Source of the DNA: Macrostomum lignano
Lineage: Eukaryota
Reading direction: 5' to 3'
DNA: 36,976 nucleotides
Assembly (NCBI GenBank): GCA_002269645.1
Contig: NIVC01000979.1
Coordinates: 1-36,976 of the forward strand
Within the stretch, counting starts at the first letter, position 1, and every line of letters starts with the position of its first letter. The notes beneath the pieces are model-generated. The model was not told where the DNA came from. It searched no databases and saw nothing but the letters and a program-made list of their open reading frames with translations. This document shows positions 1 through 10,800 of this stretch, one piece after another. The position numbers and the translations under genes were made by a program.

Positions 1-182
1 TTTAATTTTAAATATACTCTAATAAGCTACTTACAGTAGGAGAAGTAGTATAGTACTGGCATAAAGTAGAAGTGATGAGTAGTAGAGCCAAAGCTGTGCA
101 TGAATTTGCATATAAATACAAGGCAACATGATCTAACAATTAAAAATTAAATTAAGGCACTCCAGTTATAATTTAATCCAAC

Positions 183-1250
183 GGCACTCCCCTAAACTGA
201 AATGGCATTCCCCAAACTGAAATGGCACTCTCCTCAAAACTGAAATGGCACACTCTCCCAACACTGACATGACACTCCCTAAAACTGAAATGGCACTCCC
301 CCTGAACTAAATGGCACTCCCCTAAACTGAAATGGCACTCTCCTAAACTGAAATGGCACTCCCCTAAACTGAACTGGCACTCCCCTAAACTGAACTGGCA
401 CTCCCCTAAACTGAACTGGCACTCCCCTAAACTGAACTGGCACTCCCCTAAACTGAAATGGCACTCTCCTAAACTGAAATGGCACTCCCCTAAACTGAAC
501 TGGCACTCTCCTAAACTGAAATGGCACTCCCCTAAACTGAAATGGCACTCCCCTAAACTGAACTGGCACTCCCCTAAACTGAACTGGCACTCTCCTAAAC
601 TGAAATGGCACTCTCCTAAACTGAACTGGCACTCCCCTAAACTGAACTGGCACTCCCCTAAACTGAAATGGCACTCCCTAAACTGAAATGGCACTCTCCT
701 AAACTGAAATGGCACTCCCCTAAACTGAAATGGCACTCTCCTAAACTGAAATGGCACTCCCCTAAACTGAAATGGTACTCCCCTAAACTGAACTGGCACT
801 CCCCTAAACTGAACTGGCACTCCCCTAAACTGAAATGGCACTCTCCTAAACTGAACTGGCACTCCCCTAAACTGAAATGGCACTCTCCTAAACTGAAATG
901 GCACTCCCCTAAACTGAACTGGCACTCCCCTAAACTGAAATGGCACTCTCCTAAACTGAAATGGCACTCTCCTAAACTGAACTGGCACTCCCCTAAACTG
1001 AACTGGCACTCCCCTAAACTGAACTGGCACTCCCCTAAACTGAAATGGCACTCTCCTAAACTGAAATGGCACTCCCCTAAACTGAACTGGCACTCCCCTA
1101 AACTGAAATGGCACTCTCCTAAACTGAAATGGCACTCCCCTAAACTGAACTGGCACTCCCCTAAACTGAACTGGCACTCCCCTAAACTGAACTGGCACAC
1201 TCCCCTAAACTGAACTGGCACTCCCCTAAACTGAACTGGCACTCCCCAAA
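183..1250. repeat. 21-bp minisatellite (GGCACTCCCCTAAACTGAA[A/C]T), ~50 copies, in the intron upstream of the TIR exon
   Basis: The period is visible directly and gives 7-aa repeat ORFs. The array stops about 10 nt before the acceptor AG at 1259-1260. Confidence 0.97.
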
Positions 1251-1260
1251 ACAACCACAG

Positions 1261-3391
1261 CATGGCCGCAGGCGTAGACAACGCAGCGGTGGTATGCCCG
1301 TTCATCACTGCCAAGTACCAGGAGTCCAAAAACTGCAAGAAGGAGCTCAACTATGCCGACGCTCGCGACGTCCCAATCGTGCCGGCCATGGCCGAGCTGA
1401 AGTTCAAGGCCACCGGCTGGTTGGGCATCATCACGGCCGGACTGCTCTGGATGGACTTCCGACGTGATGAGGCCTTCGACAACAGCATTGTGTCGCTTAC
1501 TAAAGAAATCATCCACGCTGCCGGAGACAAACTCAAAATTGGCCAGGCCAGTCCATCCCAGCCTCCGGCGCTCAAGGTGGATCTGAAGAAGAAACCCGGC
1601 CGAGCTTTCAGGCACAGCCAGTTGGGAAAATTTCTGGCCGAATCGGGTGAGTCAGAGTTAGGGTGTTAATATTGTTGTAGCATTTATTCAATTAGTTTAT
1701 AGGCCTCGCTTTCAACTTGGCGCTAGTGCTTCATCGAATTCGCTGGCCCTAATGTCCGAATTAGTATCTCTAACTGGCGTCAATTGAACCCTGATTGGAG
1801 TCTCTAGCACCCTAATTGGCATGCCCTAATGCCCTAATTGACAAACCTTAATACCCTAATTGGCAAACTTAAATTGTCCTTTGTTTGCAATCCCTAATAC
1901 CCTAATACCCTAATCGGCAACCCTAACTCCCTAATCGGTTCAAGTTTATGTTCATGTACATGTAAATGACATGATAACGCGCTCGAAGGCATTCCAGATC
2001 GTCGGTACATTAAAAAGCTACCAAAGAAATGATGACATTTGCACAGCCTTGCATATCAATAAGACGCAAACACCTCTATCATTCCCCCATGCGCAGGCGA
2101 GGTGAAGCACCACCAGGCTAGCGGCAGCCGGAGCACCCTGGTGCTGCGAGACACGCCGAGGACACCAGCTACTGGGAGGAGAGCAAGCTGGAGCCCAAGT
2201 CTGAGATCCACTACTTCCGCAACTACCAAACTAAGCAGTACCTCGGTGAGTGAGGCTGAATATGACTCTGCATCACAGTCCCAATCATTATGCGCTCTGA
2301 TAATCATTATCTCCCTCACTCTGATAATCATTATCTCCCTCACTCTGATAATCATTATCTCCCTCACTCTGATAATCATTATCTCCCTCACTCTGATAAT
2401 CAATATCTCCCTCACTCTGATAATCATTATCTCCCTCACTCTGATAATCATTATCTCCCCCACTCTGATAATCAATATCTCCCTCACTCTGATAATCATT
2501 ATCTCCCTCACTCTGATAATCAATATCTCCCTCACTCTGATAATCATTATCTCCCTCACTCTGATAATCATTATCTCCCTCACTCTGATAATCATTATCT
2601 CCCTCACTCTGATAATCATTATCTCCCTCACTCTGATAATCATTATCTCCCTCACTCTGATAATCATTATCTCCCCCACTCTGATAATCAATATCTCCCT
2701 CACTCTGATAATCATTATCTCCCTCACTCTGATAATCATTATCTCCCTCACTCTGATAATCATTATCTCCCTCACTCTGATAATCATTATCTCCCTCACT
2801 CTGATAATAATTATCTCCCCATTTTGATAATCATTATCTCCCTCACTCTGATAATCATTATCTCCCTCACTCTGATAATCATTATCTCCCTCACTCTGAT
2901 AATCATTATCTCCCTCACTCTGATAATCATTATCTCCCTCACTCTGATAATCAATATCTCCCTCACTCTGATAATCATTATCTCCCTCACTCTGATAATC
3001 ATTATCTCCCTCACTCTGATAATCATTATCTCCCTCACTCTGATAATCATTATCTCCCTCACTCTGATAATCATTATCTCCCCCACTCTGATAATCATTA
3101 TCTCCCTCACTCTGATAATCATTATCTCCCTCACTCTGATAATCAATATCTCCCTCACTCTGATAATCATTATCTCCCCCAGGCTACGACCCGAACGGTG
3201 ACTACATCTACACGAAGGGCCAGCATTACGGCGCCGAAGAGTGGCTGCTGATCTCGGACGAGGAGTCCACGGACGGCCGCAGGGCGGTGGTGATTTTTGC
3301 CAAGTTCGGCCAGCGCTACCTGGCTATTAGAAATGGCAAGCTGACCGGCGTGGCCAACAAAGGGCCCGACTGCGTTTGGTACCTGGATTAA
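1261..3391 (+). CDS. TIR-domain (TIR_2/SARM-like invertebrate type) + C-terminal beta-trefoil-like protein, 5'-partial; one apparent 1-nt deletion in the middle exon
   Basis: Exons 1261-1646 (ccacag|c ... TCGG|gtgagt), 2097-2245 (gcgcag| ... CTCG|gtgag) and 3183-3391 (ccccag| ... GAT TAA). The first exon encodes MAAGVDNAAVVCPFITAKYQESKNCKKELNYA...GWLGIITAGLLWMDF, typical of TIR_2. The C-terminus has three repeats (AFRHSQLGKFLA..YW / YFRNYQTKQYLG..EW / IFAKFGQRYLA..VW). The middle exon is 149 nt between two phase-1 introns, so about 1 nt is missing near 2155-2158 (RDTP|EDTSYW). The 5' exon(s) are not identified in the window. Confidence 0.8.
2295..3181. repeat. 24-bp minisatellite (CTCTGATAATCATTATCTCCCTCA), ~37 copies, filling an intron up to its acceptor
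   Basis: Gives 8-aa repeat ORFs. The unit contains the palindrome GATAAT-C-ATTATC. The last unit ends ...CCCCCA and is followed by the G of the acceptor AG. Confidence 0.97.
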
Positions 3392-3740
3392 CATGGCTTT
3401 GATTATTAGCTACAGAATAGTAATGCTAGTAGCTATTAAGGACAGGAAAGGACAAATGTCATTATTTGTTAAATCTTCGTTTGACTTTTTAGATTTTTCT
3501 CTTGTCAATTGGAACCTTTTCTCATTTTTAAAACATATTTAATTTTTCTATCTGTTACTTCATATAGCACAAAATATTACACCAATATGTCATCAACTAC
3601 TTATTAGCTTTTAAATAAGTAGTTTAGACGCAAGTTAACTAAAACAGCTTATACGCGACATAGTCTTATATTTTCCAATTTACTGACTTTCTAGATGTTT
3701 TTTGATGTTCTCTTAATACCGTATATTATTATACCGTCAT

Positions 3741-3929
3741 GCAGGGACTACTTTAAGTAGAATGATGGAAAACTACGCTTCTTGAAAATTTTTAGGAGAC
3801 AGATTTTACTGAAAAAATGCATTACGGAGATAGGGTTTCATTTTTCAGACAGCTAAGAAATGATTCTCCAAGAATTTTCTAAACATTTCCAAGAAACGCA
3901 GTTCCCATCCTACTTTAAGTAGTCCTTGC
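3741..3929. mobile_element. MITE-like element, ~190 bp with ~45-bp imperfect terminal inverted repeats
   Basis: Left GCAGGGACTACTTTAAGTAGAATGATGGAAAACTACGCTTCTTG matches the reverse complement of right CAAGAAACGCAGTTCCCATCCTACTTTAAGTAGTCCTTGC. No clear TSD. Confidence 0.6.
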
Positions 3930-4804
3930 CTGCCTTCATGCTTATATTAATGCACTTTTTGCCACTTATTTGGCATTTCACATCATTTTATTAACCACGG
4001 CGCATATATTGCAACTATTTCAATGTATCGACAAGATTCTTTCAGACTAATAACTCTGTTTGAAAAATAAATCATCTTTTGTGCATTCCTTAGTTTTATT
4101 TATACACAAATTTTGCACACGCCTCTAAAAACTTCATCTCTATATTAGACAATTTGATGAAGAAATTGAGTTTTGCGTTATAAAATTATTTAATCATGTT
4201 TTAGCAAAAGTTTATTCCGATTATTAAATTTATTTATTAAATATTAGCATAGTTATTGTAGTTTTTAGAGAGCAATTGCGAAACAACGAATAAATACAAA
4301 CGTATTACACATGTAATAAATATAGTACTTATAGGCGACTGCATTGAATATAACAAACAAACAAATATATCATGCAGCAAACACATCATAAAAAGCTGCT
4401 TAAAAGGCAAAATAATAATCATGCATCCGGTTTGCTATCGATCAGACGGAACTACTGAGGCACCTAACTATAGCAAACATATAATATTTGATTTTTGTAG
4501 CAGTTCATGCTACTGACAATAATATAGAGGTTTTAAGCACACCAACATGTATAGTAGTAGTACTAATATACAACAGCTTATAAATAGCATCAAGAAATTC
4601 TTTTCTTTAAATGACAAAACATTTCACTAGAAAGTTAAAAAAATTGACGGTGAAATTAGTACAATTTTTTAGCTCGTAAAAAATCTATTTACAAAAATTT
4701 AATATGCTATGCTTTAGCATAAACACAATATCGTCACTAAATGATACGCCTAAACAGTGTATCAGGGTTGTTATTAATAAAATTTTCAATGTTATGCAAG
4801 AGCC

Positions 4805-5040
4805 TTTCTACAGTGTACATTATAAGGGCAGGGGTTTTCCACAGTGTACACTAGGGTAGGAGTTCTCCTGAGTGTACATTATGGGGGACAGGGGTTTTCC
4901 AGAGTGTACACTAGGGGTAGAATTTCTACTGAGTGTACATTATGGGGGACAGGGGTTTTCCAGAGTGTTCACTAGGGGTAGATGTTCTTCTGAGTGTACA
5001 TTATAGAGACAGGAGTTTCTAGGGTGAACAGTAGGGTTGG
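4805..5040. repeat. ~60-bp tandem repeat (two ~30-bp subunits each containing AGTGTACA), ~4 copies
   Basis: Recurrent gagtgtacattatgggggacaggggttttccagagtgtacactaggggtag. Confidence 0.85.
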
Positions 5041-5384
5041 ATGTTGCATAAAATAGACAGAAGAGCCTATACTGCATGGCACTTAAAATGTGAAAAACTA
5101 AGAAAATGTTGCGAACGCAATCATGCAACATAATTAAGCTAGTGAAAAAGCAAGCACATTGAAAAATCCGTTTTTACTGTATGGCAAATAAAGTACATAA
5201 GGTACTACTGATGCTAGTAAGACATGCAGCGGAAAGCAACGCTAAGCGGGTACAAATGGAAGCCGCTTGTCCAAGTAAAGCTGACAACAAAAAGTTGTTG
5301 ACAATAACAAGCTTAAAAAGCAGCATGGACTTTAACCATAAACACTCGACAGAGCGACAGTCAAACTTAAAAGTTAAGCATCTT

Positions 5385-5820
5385 TAAAATCATCTCACCC
5401 CTAGAAAATATCTAAACTTCAAAATCTCACCCTAGTAGATAAACAAACTTCAAAATCTCACCCCAGTAGATCGATATCTGAACTTCAAGATCTTACCCTT
5501 AGTAGATAGCTAAACTTTAAGATCTTACCTTTAGTAGATAGCTAAACTTCAAAATCTCACCCTAGTGGATAATTAAACTTTAAAATCTCACCCCCAGTAG
5601 ATCAATATCTAAACTTCAAAATCTCACCCCAGTAGATCGATATCTAAACTTCAAAATCTCACCCCTAGTAGATCGATATCTAAACTTAAAAATCTCACCC
5701 CTAGTAGATAGCTAAACTTAAAAATCTCACCCCTAGTAGATTGCTAAACTTCAAAATCTCACCCTAAGTAGATTGCTAAACTTCAAAATCTCACCCTAAG
5801 TAGATTGCTAAACTTCAAAG
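5385..5820. repeat. ~31-33-bp minisatellite (AAACTTCAAAATCTCACCCTAGTAGAT...), ~13 copies, just 3' of the integrin stop
   Basis: The repeat is visible directly. Confidence 0.9.
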
Positions 5821-5894
5821 TAAACTTAGAGCATAAACTTGTGTAAAAGACGCAGAAACATCGCAGTTTCATATTTAACAATTAAAAAAGCCGA

Positions 5895-7829
5895 TCAAAA
5901 GTCGTTCTTGCCGGCAAACACGGGATTAGTGACGGTGGTGTTGGGATCTCGATAGACCGGATTCTCCCCGGCGCCCCAGGCGGAGTTCTGAGTCTGACTC
6001 TTGAATTTGGCGAACTCTCGCCGGTCGGATATCGTGATCAGAGCCTTCCAAATCAGCAGGATGATGATGCCGACAATTACCACGGCGGCTACTACGATGA
6101 GTACGAGAATGAGCGGAGACACCCGGTCGCGGCACTGCTTCTCCTCCTGGATGAACAGCGTCATGTTGCGAATAGACCTGCTGCCAATGCTGCCGTCCCC
6201 GATGATGTAGCCGTACAAGAGGCTGCACTCGTTGGCCATGTTCAGCACGCAGGTGCTCTTGTCGTTGATCACCTCGCTTTGGGGAGTCAACTGGATCCTA
6301 ATTAGGGATGAGCAGGCATGAGGCTGTTAATATTAGCTTCTAATCTCACCAATATTTTCTCTAGTCTCACAACTTTTCTCTAGTCTCCAATCTCTCCTCA
6401 CATCTTCTATCATAACACACTTGATGTACTTTAGTCTTGACCAAGATATGATATAATCACATCTAGTTTCTCTTTTATCTGATTTAGATAATCTCTAATC
6501 TCATCTACTCGTAGATACTCTCTAATATCATTTTCTAGATTTTCTCTAATCTCATTTCCTAGATCCTAGACTCTAATCTTAGATTCTCTCCAATCTTATC
6601 TCTTAGATTCTCTCTAATCCCATTTTCTAGATTATCTCTAATCTCATTTCCTGGATTCTCTCTAACCTTATCTCCTAATTTTCTCTAATCTCCTTTTCTA
6701 GATTTTCTCTAATCTCATTTTCTAAATTATCTCTAATATCATTTCCTGGATTCTCTCTAAATCTTATCTCCTAGATTTCTCTAATCTCATTTCTTGATTC
6801 TCCCTCATCTTATCTCTTAGATTCTCTCAAATCTTATTTCCTAAATTCTCTAGTCTCATCTCCTAGTCTCTCTAATCTTATAGATTGTCTAATCTAATCC
6901 GATACCATTCTCAAAAATATTTCTACTAATCCAATCCCAATCCCTGTCATCTCATCTGCTAGATTCTCTCTAATCTCATATTTTAGATTCCGCACTAATT
7001 TTTCAAAAAGCTTAGAACGAACAGACGCCGGAGACACCCACTTGCTAGCGTCAATCCAGACGCCCTCCTCAACCAGGCTGCAGTTGCACTGGGTCTGCCG
7101 GTCCTCGGGCGCCAGTTTCCGATTATTGAACACGCACTCAACGCATCGGCGGAGGCCTTCGTCGTTGCACAGGCTGCCAGTTGATCCAGCCTTGGTGTCG
7201 CAGTGCGGATCAGACGACCACAGGGCTTCGCAGACGCATCGGCCGCAGATGCAGGTGCCGTGATTTGAGCACTGCATATCTTTGTATTGCTCTTTCTTAG
7301 AATGACAGTCCGGTTTGAGCTTGTTAGCGTCTGAGCATGAGCAGTCTTTCTCAGAGTAGCCAGGCTTGCAAATGCACGTCCTTTTGCCGTCGCATTCGCC
7401 TCGACTGGGCCCGCCGCAGGGCTCCTTGGTGTCCCAGGAGTCCGGGCAGGACAGCTTGTCCAGCTCGCACAGTTTGCCATAGTAGTTGTCCTTGTAGCAC
7501 ACGCACTTGTTGCACACGCACCGGCCGTTCTTGCTGCAAATATTCGACACGTCGCCGGAGTGGCACTGGTCGACCTGGGACCCGGTCTGGGCGTCGCATT
7601 GGCACGAGTCGCCGCTGTAGTTGCCATGGCAACTGCATACTCCGCACTCCAGGTGGCTGGGTTGGAAAGAAAAAACATTGATAATTCATTTTAAGATTTA
7701 CCGAGTTTAGGGGTCGGCCAACTTCGGCCACATGCGGGCTACCAAGCCTCTCTATCTTGCTCTCCATCAATCCGGCCTGCTCAAGGTTTGCGACTCTTCT
7801 CAGCTCCTTTCTCTCTAATCTACTCTTTA

Positions 7830-7872
<43 letters not shown>

Positions 7873-10800
7873 CTCCCTCTCTCCTCTCCTCTCTCTTCTC
7901 CCTCTCCGCTCCCTTCTCTTCTCCTCTCTCTCTCTCCTCTCTCTTCTCCCTCTCTCTTCTCTCCTCTCTCCCTTCTCTTCTCCCTCTCTCTCCCACTCTC
8001 TTATCTCCCTTCTCTTCTCCCTCTCTCTCTCCCTTCTCTTCTCCCTCTCTCTTCTCCCTCTCTCCGCTCCCTCTCTCTCTCCCTCTCTTCTCCCTCTCTC
8101 CGCTCCCTTCTCTTTTCCCACTCTTTATCTCCCTTCTCTTCTCCCTCTCTCATCTCCCTTCTCTTCTCCCTCTCTCTTCTCCCTCTCTCCTCTCCCTTCT
8201 CTTCTCCCTCTCTCTTCTCCCTCTCTCCGCTCCCTTCTCTTCTCCCTCTCTCTTCTCCCTCTCTCCGCTCCCTTCTCTTCTCCCTCTCTCTTCTCCCTCT
8301 CTCCTCTCCCTTCTCTTCTCCCTCTCTCTTCTCCCTCTCTCCGCTCCCTTCTCTTCTCCCTCTCTCTTCTCCCTCTCTCCGCTCCCTTCTCTTCTCCCTC
8401 TCTCTTCTCCCTCTCTCCTCTCCCTTCTCTTCTCCCTCTCTCTTCTCCCTCTCTCCGCTCCCTTCTCTTCTCCCTCTCTTTCTCCTCTCTCCGCTCCCTT
8501 CTCTTTTCCCACTCTTTATCTCCCTTCTCTTCTCCCTCTCTCATCTCCCTTCTCTTCTCCCTCTCTCATCTCCCTTCTCTTCTCCCTCTCTCACCTCCCT
8601 TCTCTTGTAAGGTCATCCAAAAAGTGCTAGCGACTCCGAGAATTACGTACAGCCGAGTACAGCGCTGGCTAACTAAAGCTCTGCGGGATGACGCAATCAA
8701 AACAGTAGAACTCACCCGACATTCTGACACTTCGGCACCTTCTGCAGAGGATTAGCTTTGGCCTCGCACTCCGGACAATTGCACAGCGATTTAATTCGAA
8801 CTTCCATTCGATCGTCAGAAGTTGTTGACGCGAAATGTACAATCTCTTCTGGCCGGGGCAGGCACTTGGTGAGGGTGACGGTGGCCCTGTAGGACACGGT
8901 AGCTCCTAGCGGCACTCGGTGGCACCTGTTGCCCAATTTGAAATCGGTCTCGCCGGGGCATCGAACCTCGGACGTGATGTTCAACCATAGGCCAGGATCG
9001 TTAGCCCGAATCTCAACAGTCTCAGCAATGGATCGATAATTCTTTTTAATCAATTCCAATACGTTATCGTTAGTGACCAGATCGACTTCAGTCACCACTG
9101 GCAGGGCGTGCTTCAGTTGCATGTACAGAGGCGTGTAGCTGTCAGATTTCAAGGCGAATATTACTGACACCTTGGCGTCGGAGAGCACCTTGGCAACTTG
9201 CCCAATTGATGGATAGTCAAATCTGAAGTTTTATCAATTAATTATTGTCAGTAAAGTATCGGTAAAGAAACCCCCCCCCTGACAATTTTTTGCTGGAGCA
9301 ACGCAGGCCCACGAAATTGAAGAACACGGGCCAACTTTTTGTTGCGCACCTTCTCAAACAAGAATCAAGTCGCCAGCCCTCTGGACCAACGAGATATTCG
9401 ACGATTCTGCCGGAAGGTCGGATTTTCCCATAAGCGCTAGTGTATTCAGTACACCACTATGCGTCAATCAGCACTGCGTCTCAGTGCAGCCTTGCCAAGT
9501 CTCCAAATTTTATCAGCAACTTGAACACATGTGTCTGCATTAGCACTGACTTCGTTGGTCACTGGCCTTCACCCAGATGGAGCTTCTGGACCTTCAACAG
9601 GTGGCACCAGGTGACTATGGACACCCTGATACGAATTTCTCTAGTTTCGCCGATCAAGCCTCGACAGTGGAAAACCTCAACTGCTAGGTATCCTCAGCTG
9701 GTCTCTCGAGCATTCCGTCATCACCCGACGCCGTCGGTACTTTCAACAGATGACACCAGGTGACTATGGACATCATTTTGCGAAAATGTCAGATTTTTCT
9801 TTTCAAGCTTCAATAATAGGCAAGCCTCAACCGCCGGAAATCTTCAGCTAGTATCTCAAGCATTCAGTCTTCACCCGGACGCCGTCATCCCCCTCTTGGT
9901 AGTTCTACTGTTAACCATTTTCAAGTAGTTTTTTTCTATAAGTAACCTAAACTAAAGATATACAGGAGTCACAGCAGAAATATCACGACAGGGTGAACTA
10001 ACCACTAGCTCCTCACTCGCTCACTCACTTCTCACTTCCCACTCACTCACTCCTTACTCACTCACTTCTCACTCCTCACTCACTCACTTCTCACTCCTCA
10101 CTCCTCACTCATTCACTTCTCACTCCTCACTCATTAACTTCTCACTCATTCACTTCTCACTCACTCACTTCTCAGTCCTCACTCACTCACTTCTCACTCA
10201 CTCACTTCTCATTCCTCACTCACTCACTTCTCACTCACTCACTTCTCATTCCTCACTCACTCACTTCTCACTCCTCACTCACTTCTCACTCCTCACTCAC
10301 TCACTTCTCACTCACTCACTTCTCATTCCTCACTCACTCACTTCTCACTCCTCACTCCTCACTCATTCACTTCTCACTCATTCACTTCTCACTCCTCACT
10401 CACTCACTTCTTACTCCTCACTCACTCACTCCTCACTCATTCACTTCTCACTCCTCACTCATTAACTTCTCACTCATTCACTTCTCACTTCTCACTCACT
10501 CACTTCTCACTCCTCACTCACTCACTTCTCACTCACTCACTTCTCACTCCTCACTCACTCACTTCTCACTCACTCACTCACTTCTCACTCCTCACTCACT
10601 CATTTCTCACTCACTCACTTCTCATTCCTCACTCACTCACTTCTCACTCACTCACTTCTCACTCCTCACTCACTCACTTCTCACTCACTCACTTCTCACT
10701 CACTCACTTCTCACTCATTCACTTCTCACTCCTCACTCATTCACTTCTCACTCCTCACTCATTCACTTCTCACTCACTCACTTCTCACCCCTCACTCATT

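Noticed and set aside
173-1213. Long ORFs with PVQFRGV / HSPKLKW / ECHFSLG repeats
   Set aside because: These are translations of a stop-free 21-bp intronic minisatellite.
183-3181. CRISPR-like appearance of the regular arrays
   Set aside because: The units are head-to-tail with no unique spacers, there are no cas genes, and the context is eukaryotic introns.
2056-3201. ORFs with REIMIIRV / SDNHYLPH / LTLIIIIS repeats
   Set aside because: These are artefacts of the 24-bp array. Only 2097-2245 and 3183-3391 are exonic.
7351-8755. Leu/Ser-rich and Glu/Arg-rich ORFs
   Set aside because: These are the CT microsatellite in integrin intron 4, read on both strands.
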